From: Lophium mytilinum
Lineage: Eukaryota
Assembly (NCBI GenBank): GCA_010093605.1
Contig: MU004192.1
Span: 628,882 to 692,881 of the forward strand
Direction of reading: 5' to 3'
Length of the DNA stretch: 64,000 bases
A program made the position numbers and the translations under genes. Under the pieces are notes generated by a model. The model saw nothing but the letters and a program-made list of their open reading frames with translations, was not told the origin of the DNA and did no database searches. The stretch's first letter is position 1, and each line of letters opens with the position of its first letter. This document shows, in pieces, positions 47,305 to 59,399 of this stretch.

Positions 47305-49430
47305 TCAAGAAGAGTTGCGGTCACTAACCGTCCATCGTCTCTTGAATCCACCCACCCGCTCCGTATGAGCAGCAACCGGCGCCGGTCCCCAGAGCCCTGT
47401 CACCGACCTGTTCACCGTTGTCGGCAGCGGCGCCACATCGTCGTTCTCCGACTGATTCGAAATCGTCTTCGTCAACGCATTACTCGGCTTCGACTCCGGG
47501 AAATTGAGCACCAGATCCGCGCCTGGACTCGCCGAGCGCACACTCGCCGAACCAAGCGTCGAGGGCGCCCGACTCCAAAGCCCCGTCGTCGCCGCCGACG
47601 ACGGACTCGGCATCGATTGTGGCGCGTACAGCCTCGATGACGAGTTCGACGTCGAGCTGCGGCGCATGCTTCCCAAGGAGCTGTTGATGCCGTGGAGAGG
47701 CTCGGCGGCGCCGAAGGGGTACTCGACCGGGCTGCTGGCGGTGGTTGAGTTGAAGCGGCGGCGGTACTCGGTCGGGCTGGAGAGCATGGGCGGCGACTGG
47801 ACTTCGGAGAGCTTGGCGGGGTCGACGCCGGGGCGGAGGTGGTCGAGGGAGGCGAGGATCCTCATCTCGTAGTCTTCCGACATGCCGAGATGGAGGACTG
47901 GCGAGCGGCGGAGGTCGGGGAGGGGAGGGGTGGACATGGGAGATCTCTGTGTGGGGGTGTCTTTGCGGACGGCCATGGAGAGCGAGGCCATGCCGACGTC
48001 GAGGAGTACGGGTTGGTTGGAGATGGCCCCGAGGAGGGCGTTGCAGCCCGCGCCGTGGGTGACGAGGACGAGGACGACGTCGCTGTCGTCGTCGTGCTCG
48101 TCGCCGGAGTCTCCTCCGATGGCGTCGTACTTTCTGTCCTGATGGCTTTCGATGCCGTGCGTCTTGTACCAGTCCATCATTCCTGCGAAACCCTTGCGGA
48201 AGCGTTTGTGCATGGTGCTCCATTCGTCCCCGTACTCGCCTCCGTCGCCCCATTCTTGAGGTGCCCTCATGCTGTCCCATTGGTAATCGACGTCCACGCA
48301 GGCATCTCGCGCGTGGGCTACGTAGCCTCTAGGGACAGGGTCGGCCGGCGACACAGCGTAAGTGGGTACTGGCGGGTCGTAGATGTTACTTGCTACCTTG
48401 TGGGAGGTAGAGAGAGGCGTCGTTCCTCGGTGGCTCGGTGGTCTGCTGCTAGTACTGCTGACGCTCCCCTGACTATTTGATCGGTTGTGGTGTTGGAGAG
48501 GTAGAGCTTGGGATAAGCTACCTAGGTCCGATAATACGGAATCGTCGGTGTGATTTGCAGTGTGATTTGAAGATCGTGAGTTTCCGGCCTTCGCCCATCC
48601 ACCTGGAAAATGGCCTTTGATGCTATGTGGGTTCTGCTGCACCTCGATGTACTCCCCACGGCGGAGAAGGTCCGCCTTAGCTCCCGCGACCATCATTGTG
48701 GAGTTCGGCGGCGGTGTGATATTCTCAAAATAATCCGGAGACAGCCATTCTCCGAGGAATGCATCAATGCGGAGCAGAGTCTTCTCGGGCGCCTTGCGTC
48801 TCAAGGATTTCCTGAAGACGGCCAGGGCAGGATCGTCCTCGGGTTCCGGAACATGAGGCTCTGGTATAGAGGCTAGAAGTGGCGACTTCGAGTCCACGGC
48901 GCGTGTCTTTGGAGACCCAGGGCGAGCATATGGGCCGCCAGTGTTCTTTGGTGATTGGCTTCGCCCTGGGATGCTGTCTGATGGAAGCTGGTACTGTGCA
49001 ATGCCAGCACTAATGGCGACAGAGGTCTGGACACAGCGAAGGTACGGGGATGAATGGATTACGATCTTCTGCTTCCGCTTTTTAGACTTCGAGCTTTTTC
49101 CATTGCTAGTCGATGTGTCCTGGGCCCCGAAGTTGAAGCTATCCAACCCATATGAGCCTCCGTTGGCCCCGAATCCTTTGTCCTCGCCCTCTTCTCTGGC
49201 ATAGAGTAGAGCTGCTATGCGTGTTCCAAGAGCTTTTGATTGGGCCCATCCGCCGTAGGTCAGGGGAGGGTCGTAGGGGGTGGGGGAGGTAAGATGCCAG
49301 GTCTTGTCCGCAGCGTCCAGCCGAGCTCCGTGCCTGCATGCAGTACATTAGCAAATGTTGAGTGAATGGGAGAGTATTTGGGCAATATAGCGTACCTGGC
49401 TATAATCACTACAGCTGGTCCAATCGGCAT
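47305..49430 (-). CDS. Phosphoglycerate mutase-like histidine phosphatase family protein
   Basis: Exon 1 MPIGPAVVIIAR, an intron, then HGARLDAAD..YDPPLTYGGW (RHG motif), HSSPYLRCVQT, DAFLGEW, LVTHGAGCNAL. Confidence 0.88.
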
Positions 49431-49712
49431 AGTGGCGGCGCGGTGGATGACCGGCCAGCGTGGCGTAACGGGCTACAACCTAGACGCTACCTTTGTACAC
49501 GCTCATCGAGGGCCGAGGAGCTGCAGAGGCGAGGTAGGACTATACCAGGGCCAGAAGAAGGGCGGAAAGGGCGAAGGTTGGGAAGGGAGATGCGAATGGT
49601 GGCGGTGTTGATATTTGGAGCTCAGTTTTGCGGAGGCTGCGGCGGCAGAGTCAGTCCGTCATTCATGCGGGGCACTACCGGCAGTTGGTGATAGAATTTC
49701 GCTGTCCGCATG

Positions 49713-49899
49713 ATTTGTCGAATTCAAAATAGCACAGAACGCTTGGCGTTTTTTTCTCGGCGTTCCTCACCAAAATTTATATAAGAATTGCGGGGAGCAC
49801 TACCTAATTAAATGTTAGCCTTTTAATATCCCCTATATAATAATAAGTAAGGTTCCTTACCTATACTATATAATTACCTACTAATATTTTTCTAGTATT
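49713..49899 (+). repeat. Left terminal inverted repeat (187 bp)
   Basis: ATTTGTCGAATTCAAAATAGCACAGAACGCTTGGCG..TCTAGTATT is the reverse complement of 54810-54996. Confidence 0.95.
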
Positions 49900-49929
49900 T
49901 AGTAAGCCTTACTAATAAGCTTTTCCGCA

Positions 49930-51000
49930 CGTGTACTACCTAAACGCGCTGCTAGAATTAATACTCTATATCTACCTCTTAACGCCTTAATATTACGCGT
50001 CTTCTTATACTAGATTAGCCTATAAAGAATATTATCTTATATATTTAAGTATTACTAGCAACTATCTATATAATACTATAGAACCTATTATAATTTAATA
50101 GTACTATTCTACCTTAATTTATATTAGCCGGGCGGCCTTAAAGGCTTACTTAAGCTAATAAGAATAAGGTTTTTAAGTAGCTGCTAGAAGAAGGCTAGAG
50201 AGATTAGAATAAGATTATAAAGTAGCTTCTTCTAGAATATAGTATTAAGGTTTTATAGCCTACTATCTATTATATACTTAAATAGTATAAGTAGACTAGA
50301 AAGGCTATAAAGTATTAATTAAATAGGGCTAGCTATAAGCTTTAAAGTAGCTATCTTAAGAATCTTATATAGTATAAACCTAAGAACCTAGTTTTTCTTA
50401 ATAAATCTATCTTTAATAAGAAGACTAGCTAGCGCTACTATATATACGCGCCTATTAGCTAGCCTACCCGCTATAAGAATAATATAGCGCGTAGTAAGAT
50501 ATAGAGTATTTATACTATAATAATACTTAAAGGTTAGCTACTATATATTAGAGTAAAAAAAGAATACTTTAATATAGAGGACTTTTATAACTAGGTTATT
50601 AACACGCTTCTACTAGCCCTTTAAGAAGAATTTAATAGGGCTATTAAGGTAATTATACTTAATAATATTAATATATATATAGATATCTAGATTATTAATA
50701 AGATCTAGGTATAGGGCTATATTATAAAGTACCTACTACTATACTTACCTAATTTTAATCTAATTAAATTAACCTTTATAACTTTAAAGGTGTAGATCTA
50801 TTACTACTACTACTACCTATACTCTATATATTATAACTTTAGTAACTTTCTATAGGCTATAATTAAGTATAGTTACTATAATAGATTTACCTATAAGTAG
50901 TTCTATTATACTACTAGAGGCGTATATATATAGATAGAGGAGCTAAAGTAGATTTAGGTATACCTAGATGCATATAAGAGAGGTAAGAGAAAGAATTAAG
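49930..51000 (+). pseudogene. Tc1-like DD34E transposase, inactivated by RIP (ends approximate)
   Basis: Reversing C>T/G>A changes in one frame gives GRPQRL (50130), VSQPTI..WTRK, LVFLDES (D at 50400), VIVLDN (D at 50661) and YLPPYSPDFNPIE (E at 50766), with 34 codons between the second D and E. Confidence 0.88.
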
Positions 51001-52759
51001 TAGAGAAGAAGTAGATAGAGAAGAAGGCCTAAGTATATACTCTATATAGCCTTTCTATTTAATATATACTCTATATATAGTATTACTATTTTAGTATTAC
51101 TATTTTAGCGTTACTATTTTTTATATACTATCTAGGCTAAGGCTTAAGTATTAGCGCTAGTAGATAATCTACAGCTTATATATTAGTATAGAGTAAAGTT
51201 ATATAATAAAGCTTAATAGCTATTATTTATTTTTCTATATATTTTTACCTCTCTTTTAATTCTCTTTTTTCTTTAGACTCTATATACTATTAATTACTGC
51301 CTTTATAATACTATAGCTAATAATACTATAGCTAATAATACTAGTAATTAGGGCTCTATTAATAGCCTTATTAATAATATTCTTATAGAGCCCTCCCCCT
51401 CTCTACCTCTTACTATGCACCTCTTTAGGCCTCTTAGGGTTTACCTAAATCCTCTAGTAATATAAATAGTAGTAGCTAGGCCGCTCCCTATTAAGAAGAA
51501 GATAATAGGCGTTTAAGCTAAAAATAAGAAGCTAGAAGCTTTCTCTAGTAAGAGCCTAGAGAATTCTAGCCCTTAGAGGCTTTATATAGTATATAGTAGG
51601 TCTATATACTCCCTTTCTACTCTTACTATTAATAGAGATATCTATAATATGCCTAATTAGAAGAAGAATAAAAATAAGAAAAAAAAAAAGAGAACTAATT
51701 CCCCTCTACTATATATAATTTCTAGTATAGTAGCTTAAGAATCTAGCTAACCTATTTATATAGAAAGCGCTATACTTACTACCTACTCTTTTTCTTTACT
51801 ATTACTATTATTCTAGGCCTACTAACTCCCTTTTAGTATACTAATAACCTTACCGCTACTCTTAGCTTCTCTACTATTACTATAGCCCTCTAAGAGTACT
51901 TCTACCGCGCTAAGCTTATCTATATAAAGCTTATTAATAGCTAATATAGCTAGAATTAGGCGGGTCTAGCCTATAGTATATATCTAGAGTACGCCTAGAA
52001 TATATCTACTAGGGGCTATTATTAGTATAATATTAATTTCTATACTAATAATAATCTAGATAGTAAATATAGTGCGTATAGAGTTAGAAGTAAGTACTAT
52101 ACTTAGATTAATACTATAGAAGATATAGTAGTATTTAAGTAGGCTCTAAAGCCTAGGGCTAGTTATACTAGAAGAAAGAAGTAGATAGAGAATTAAGCCT
52201 ATCTAACTATATACTTAAAAACTATAACTATTACTTCTAAGTTTTATTACTACTAATTAATATTTCTATATATCTAGCATGTAGATATAAATATACACGT
52301 TTAGATGCGTAATTTAGCTATCTATTTATATAATTTAGATTTATATTTACTAAGATATAATAAAGTAATAGATTCTATTTCTATATAGCCTTTCTATTTT
52401 ATATATACTCTATATATAATCTAATATAAGGCTTAAGTATTAGTAGTAAGAATTTTATTTTAATATTTTAAGGCTTAAGTATTAGTATAGAGGAAATTTA
52501 CCCTGCGCTAATACTTAAGTCTTAAAATAAGATTCTTACTACTAATACTTAAGCTGTAAAATATTAAAATAAGATTCTTACTACTAATACTTAAGCTATA
52601 TAATATTAAGATATATTTTTATATTTTACCTATACTAATACTTAAGCCCTATATTATAATACCCCTAATTTAAAATAGAAAGGCTAAAATAGAAAGGCTA
52701 TATAGGCTATATATAATATATATAGAACTATAATAGTATAGAATAATACTAATTACTCT

Positions 52760-54806
52760 ATTTAACTAGCTACTAAACGCCTAACTATATTCTAACTCCC
52801 TTCTATATTCTACGCCTATTCTAACCTACTCCGCCTTCTTCTAGTATAGTTAGCGCCTTTAATGCAGCCTTCTCTTATCTATATAAGTTTTTAAAGTTAT
52901 ATAGCTTTTTTATAAACTATATTACTATTCTATTTAATAGCTCTAAGGCTAGAGCTATATAGTACGCCTTTAAGAATCTATTCTATATCTACTAAAGAAA
53001 ATTAATATTCTATACCTAATTAATAATAATCTATATAGCGTGCTACTACTACTACTTTATACCCGTATTTATAATAGCTCTAACCTTCTAGAAGAAGAAG
53101 AACTTAAGTATATTAGTATCTTTCTCTAGGTATACTAGGCTTAAGCTATAAGAATATTACCCCGGCGCTACTTAGCTAGAGAAGATATACTATAGTAGCG
53201 GCGGCTACATTAGGGGCTAAGGTATAGGCGTAGGCTAATAATAACTCTATAGTATAAGTAGTAGAGGGGAGAATAGCTATATATATATCTATAGAGCCTA
53301 TAGAGAAAGGCTATACTAAAATTATATAAAAGAAGAAGAAGAAGAAGAAGAAGTACTTTAAGAAGAAGCACTTTATAATACTATCTAATCTACTATCTCT
53401 ATACCTTTCTACTATATCTAGAGCTCTATTAAGCGCTCTATTATATTAAATATTCTAGCTATTTTATCTTTAGACTTCTATACCTAATTTAACTTTATAG
53501 TGCGCTAGTAATCTTTTCTAACTAGGCCCTCTCTAGTAAGATCTTTATATACTTTATTAGGTAGCTTAGTAATTATAGCCTTATTCTAAGTAATTATATT
53601 TATCTATACCTAGTAGTACCTTATAAGTAATATATAGTACTTTTAATTATTATTAACCTAGTATAGGTTACCTATATTAGAGTAGATATTATTTATATAC
53701 TTATATAGTAATAGTATACTAGTCTATAGGTAGCTAGACTCTTAAATTAACTCTAAATAGACTACCTACTACTCTAATAGCTTAGTAGTATAAGGCCCGC
53801 TTCCGCTATAAAACCTATTAGTAGTTAGTATACCTACTAGTAATAATAATAGCACCTCTACTTTCTTTCTCTTCTTTAATAGCGGCGGTGGTAGATTATA
53901 TATTAACTTATATTTAAATATTATAGAAATAGTAGCCTTTAGATAATTCTTCTACTTTAAATTAAGTATGCGGAATACCTGCTAGAATTCTAAGAGTAAG
54001 AAGTTAGCTATATTATAACTAAGGAAACCTCTAGTCCCCTTTATTATATAAATAATAGTAGTGCACTAAATAACCTTATACTCTTTCTTATAGTTACTAT
54101 TAATCTATACTATAGTTACTATTATATCTAGCTTAACCTCTAGGTTTTTAGTATTAAGAGTAAACTAGATTAAGTTCCCTAGCTATCTACTATTAACCTT
54201 CTTACTATTAATATAGAGAAGATAGAATAGAGTAACTAGAAAGTTATTAATCTTCTTTTCTACCTCTTTAATATAGTGCTAGATACTAGCGCCGGCGCTA
54301 GTTAATACGCTGCTAGTAGTTCTTTTAATACTATAATAAGCCTGCGCCTCTATAGAACTAATAGCTATTAAATCTACCTTCTTAGGGCCCTTCTTAGGGC
54401 CCTTCTTGCTGCCTATTTCTATATTCTTAGGGCCTTTCTAGCCCTTATTACTACTTATATCTATCTTAATAGAACCCTCTTTAACTTTTAGAGGGCTACT
54501 TAGTATATCTAGTAATATATTCTACTATACTAATACTTTAGCCTTTATAGACAGCGTTTATATATATACTAGAGGTAGCTTTCTCTTTAGTATAGCCTTT
54601 AGCTTTATAGGCTTTAGTATAGCCTTTATAGGCTTAGGCGTAGCCTTTATAGGCTTAGGCGCAGCCTTTATAGGCTTAGGTATACCCTTTAGTATACTTA
54701 CTATAGTAGTAGTTTTTAGACTTATATAAATAGGGGGGGTATTAGGCGCGTTATTAGGCGCGAAGGAAACGCGTTTTCTATTACTATAGGTAGTTAGTAG
54801 GGGCAC
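52760..54806 (-). pseudogene. RIP-degenerated cargo ORF(s) of unknown function inside the transposon
   Basis: Minus-strand frame whose stops are TAG/TAA compatible with CAG/TGG/CAA. Includes residual ORF 54558-54806 and in-frame 21-bp and 12-bp tandem repeats. Confidence 0.5.
54601..54682 (-). repeat. 21-bp tandem repeat (about 4 copies) encoding PKPIKA(A/T/I)
   Basis: AGCCTTTATAGGCTTAGGCG(T/C) unit repeated. Confidence 0.85.
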
Positions 54807-54809
54807 TAT

Positions 54810-54996
54810 AATACTAGAAAAATATTAGTAAGTAGTTATATAGTATAGGTAAGAAACCTTACTTATTATTATATAGGGGATATTAAAAGGTTAATATTTA
54901 ATTAGGTAGTGCTCCCTGCGATTCTTATATAAATTTTAGTAAGGAACGCCGAGAAAAAAACGCCAAGCGTTCTGTGCTATTTTGAATTCGACAAAT
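54810..54996 (-). repeat. Right terminal inverted repeat (187 bp)
   Basis: AATACTAGA..GCTATTTTGAATTCGACAAAT matches the left TIR. Confidence 0.95.
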
Positions 54997-55936
54997 GCAA
55001 GCAGAACTTTTCAGGAGTTTTCAATAGCCGATTTCATTAACCCGCAGCCACCTTCAGCACGGCGTATAAGGCTCGACGTGGCCTGTAAGCGGTGAATTTT
55101 CCGTTTGCAGCACTCCCTGAAAGCTTGTCCTACCAAGAAGCCTGTCTTGCGTGTGATTCGTTCCTCGAAGACACCATTCACTCGCCTCATGGGACCGTCG
55201 AACCTTTATGCAGAGCGTTTAAATCTAAAATCGACTACCTGATTACTATCTGGCGCTGCAACATAGTACTCAGTTGGGGTTTTGTGGACTTCAAACAAGA
55301 GGACCACAGAGTACTTCGTAACCTAGCGTATCCCGGACTCGTTCTCTACGTTGTACCACATGAAAGAAAATTGGACAAAGTTTTACAGCCATATGAAGTT
55401 CTGGATTTTGGCGAGTGCAGTGAAAAGGTAACCTCAATTTTCTCAAGTACCTCGCTCGTAGCGGTTCACTATTTCTTATTCTTTGGGCCGCTTAACTCCG
55501 AACTTTGCACCGTACACGCGCCCGTTTGTGCACTTGAAGGAACGACATGGGGTGTTAACGCCCGGATCATGAGCCTTTAGGTTTCTATGCTCGTAAGCGA
55601 ACTATAGATAATTCCGATCTTTGATCGTACTGGCAACGTCACCATCGCTTTACCAATTGCTACAATGTCTGCCACGCTGCATACTTCTATACATATGAGG
55701 AAAGGATTAACCATCTTTACTCACTGCCCCAAAGTTACTCAGCTTTCCGAGTCGCGCAACCGCTAAGTTTCATCTAGACATCGTGTTGCTGAGATGTGGC
55801 TAGCCGCTTATGGGGCTTAAAGAACGTACCTAGGTGAGTAAGCCATTCTCCAGACCCGACCGAGAATCCTAGTATACAACCTCGCCTTACCCGATCTCTT
55901 TCTGGGTCCAACTGCTCCATATGCGACGATTGCAAG

Positions 55937-58249
55937 ATGCGAACCACGATTGCGTGTGAGCGGTAAGGCCCCCTTCTCGTATTCCCCACCAAGCGTCTAT
56001 TAGTGTGGTTGTACAGCATCCCGAATCCACCCCACTAGAATAACGCAACGATGGCAGGCCAAACCTCGTGGGATAGTACTTGTACCATCAAGGATCTTTG
56101 CATATACTACAGCACTCAAAAGTCTGACTCGATCACCCTTGAGTGATGAAGTCGTTCGATTCTTCGCTAACGTGGCTTTACAGATGCCGGTACCACACTC
56201 GCCACTCTGCAGACATGACGAGAATTCTAACCTTTCCCACGCAGGAAATCAAAAGTCAAATGCATCCACGATGGGGCCTCACCTTGCCAAGGTTGCGAGA
56301 AGGCCAAGCTCACCGAGACATGTGTTCTTCAGGGCCCTTTCGCAAACCGGCCTCCTGGTGAGATACTCGTGAAATCTAAGAGGAAAAGCACACCCCTTGC
56401 AGGTACTGGAGAAGAGAGACGACGCAAAGTACTCCGACTTGAGTCCAGTACTGTTTCAGAGTTCTTTTCTTCTATACCAAGCGGACTCATCGATGAGGCC
56501 GTTTCCATACTCCAACTCAAATTCCCTGAGTACGGATTCATTCAACCACCATCTCTCGAACCCAAGCATGACCAGCCAGACATAGAGAAACTCAGGCTCC
56601 TAGCGATTCTTGCGGTGGCATCTCGCTACATGTCCAATCAGAGTCTAGAGCAGTCCGAACAGTACGCTGCAGTAGTGCGACGAGACTTGCTACTCCATGT
56701 TGCATCACCTCCACGTCTCAGCATTATCCAAGCTTTCTTAGTTCTTGCTCTCTATGAGTGGGGTGAAGGCGTTGGGTATCGTGCCTGGATGTTTGCGGGT
56801 GTAGCCATCAGAATGGCGCAGTGCCTCGTAGCCACACGAGCGGAGGCATTCGTTTCTGAAGCGAAAGACAACGCAGAAGACCTCAAGCCTACAGAATCGG
56901 AAAATAGAACCTTGTGGACTTGTTTCGTTATCGACAAGCTGCTAAGTTGTGGAAGGCAGAGACCCCCGATGATGCATATAGACGATATTGCAACACACCT
57001 ACCAATAGCGGAAAAAGAATTTGCTTTCGACGTTGAGTCACCGCAGCACGTCACATTTCGAGAGCTCTTGGACGACCCTGTGCTTTCTAGATCACATGGT
57101 ACCATCGAGCATCATTTCAGTATCATCGTTCGGGGAATCAATATCTGGGCCAAGATTCATAGCTACATTGTCAATGGCGGACGCAGGCAGCGAGGCCAGA
57201 TGGACCCCGAGCAGTACCCATGGGTGTCAGGTTCTCTATGGGACAACCTGGAAAACGAGCTCTCCCGCTGGAGGGATGAGCAGGAAGACCGCCTGAAGTA
57301 CCCCAAAGCACCCGTTGGAGCTCATGCTCATTTTAGACATGGAGAGATATTCGCATACATCAATCTCTTGTATTTCCTCAGGCAAGTGATTTACTTCTGG
57401 CACCACGTCTTACAAGGCTAATAGTGTATTAGTGTCATTTTTATTCGACGAGAATGGATCCCTTTTCTGCCTGCAGCCGGCACTGGCCCCAGCGGGCCAC
57501 AAGACAGGCCCCATTTCAAGACACCGGCCCCGGAGGGATGGTGGGAGAACAACAACCAGCTTATGTTTGATGCTTCTGTGCAGATTACGCATCTGATGCG
57601 GGATCTCAACCGGGATAACGCATCTTTAATCACTCCATTCTCCGGCCTTTGCGTCTACACATCTACGATTATGCACTTATATCTCGACGCCTTCCCGCTC
57701 ATGAACCTCAGCAACAGCCAAAGCGCGCAAGAATATGCTCGACAGAACATTGCAACGCTAGAAGAGTTCCGCGGGCTGTGGAAGATTAGTGAAGGGTGGT
57801 GCAGCGTCATCGAGGTAGCCAAGTCTATGTACCAACGCATCAAGTCCGACCTCACCAGCTTTACTGGCAAGACCCGAGAAGACTTCCTGCAACTAGAAAC
57901 TGCCTTCAATATCATGGGACCATCGAAAAACAATGGGACACCTACCTCAACCACGATATCAACGGAATCGACACCAAGATGTAACCCAGTAACGCCAAAG
58001 GTTGTTCCTCCTGCCAGCGACCCAATGGTCTCCTACTCCAATCTGCAACCATACAACAACGCCTGGGACGGTGTCAACAGCAATCAATCTTATTCTGGGA
58101 TTCCGTCGGCGACATTCGACTTGCTCCAGAACATCGACAGCGACAGCTGGCGAGTGTGGTCCTTTTGGGATGACCCGAATCTTGTACCATTCGACAATTC
58201 TGCTATAGATTTTACCTCCGAACCTCTCCTGGATGGCTTACGGAGATGA
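55937..58249 (+). CDS. Zn(II)2Cys6 transcription factor with fungal-specific TF middle homology region
   Basis: Exons 55937-55962, 56184-56189 and 56245 onward give MRTTIACERCRKSKVKCIHDGASPCQGC..ETC. Middle region has IQAFLVLALYEWG, AWMFAGVAIRMA, NRTLWTCFVIDK. One more short intron near 57380-57425. Confidence 0.88.
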
Positions 58250-59399
58250 GTGTTCCAAATATGCGATCAGATTTGTCAGTCATTGAACCATCGTCGGGGT
58301 GGTTGCTAGAAGAAGACGATACCTCCCTTAATCAGCAGAAGAACGTCTTGTGATGGCAGCACTTCATCGTGACTAGCGCATGAGTATTACTTCTACGGAA
58401 AGGGGTATTAGTCGTAAACGAAAATAGGACAAATGAAGACCTACCCGACTATAAGGCACATCCCTCCTCTTGGACGATGGGTGAAAAGAAACTGCTCGAA
58501 GAGCTTACTAGCCGGCACATCGGTAGCCTACCAGGAGTGGTGCCTCCTCTGACCATCTTGATATCAATTCATCGCTATACGCAAGCTCAGCGATACACTC
58601 ATCAAGCCTAGATGTAAAAGCAACATGCGGAGAGTACAAAAGCTATCACAAAGCACTATTCAAATTACCCGCCCTAAGGAGCAAAAATCCCGCAAGACAG
58701 CCTTCTGGACTGGCCAGCATCGATCGGCCCCCTGCATACCCTACACCTAAATTCCAGCCAGACATACCACGTTCACCGTTACAACCAGCCAAGCCAAGCC
58801 AACGAAGCAATCGAAGCTCACCCTACCTCCTGCCACCGTCCACGCCTAATCCATGCGCAGAGCCTCGCTATTCTCAATTCCAAATACCCACACGCCTGAA
58901 CGCTGCGCTCAGCCGCACTCGAAGCCCCGCGCGCACGACGCAACATTCGCAGCCTCCTCGCTGACCTCATCCCTCACCCCCTCCGCCCCACGGCCAAGCC
59001 TTGCAAGGCGTTTCCTGTCAGCTCGCTATCCCTTGGAGATATTCCTGCCCCGCCAAGCACCGCTTTGACCGCCTTCAGTCGCTCATGGCGCCAGCAGCCC
59101 GCGGACGGCGGGATTAAGGTCTGTTAAGAGTCTGACTGGTGGCCTTGGGGCGGTTGGTGTGCGCGGTGGTGAGAACCTTATTGTGTCGTCCTGTGAGTGG
59201 GGTGTGACTGGGAGGAGGAGGGGGAAGGCATCAGTGGGCGGAGAAAAGTGGGTGTGGGACTGGATTTTGGTGGTTCATTCGGAGAAATGCTCTGGAGATT
59301 ACGTATGTAGATGTACAATCTGAGAATTTGGTATGTTCTATTGAGGGAAAATTGCGTACTATATAGTTCACAATATCAAAACTCGAGGGCCTAACTCTA

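Larger units (their letters stand above)
49713..54996 (+). mobile_element. RIP-degenerated Tc1/IS630-type DNA transposon, 5.3 kb, with long TIRs and cargo
   Basis: Abrupt AT-rich, TpA-rich block bounded by 187-bp inverted repeats that differ only by transitions; contains a transposase relic. Confidence 0.92.

Noticed and set aside
42370..48480. Long antisense or alternative-frame ORFs (42370-43050, 43934-44809, 47480-48280, 47839-48480)
   Set aside because: Shadows of high-GC3 real genes; Arg/His/Gly-rich translations without motifs.
52430..52650. Regularly spaced short repeats resembling a CRISPR array
   Set aside because: Mixed orientation, non-unique spacers, inside a fungal transposon, and no cas genes.
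53330..53352. (GAA)n microsatellite
   Set aside because: Simple repeat within transposon cargo; no evidence of function.
49713..54996. AT-rich block as centromere, organellar insert or contamination
   Set aside because: TIRs, the transposase relic and transition-only TIR differences explain it as a RIP-mutated transposon.
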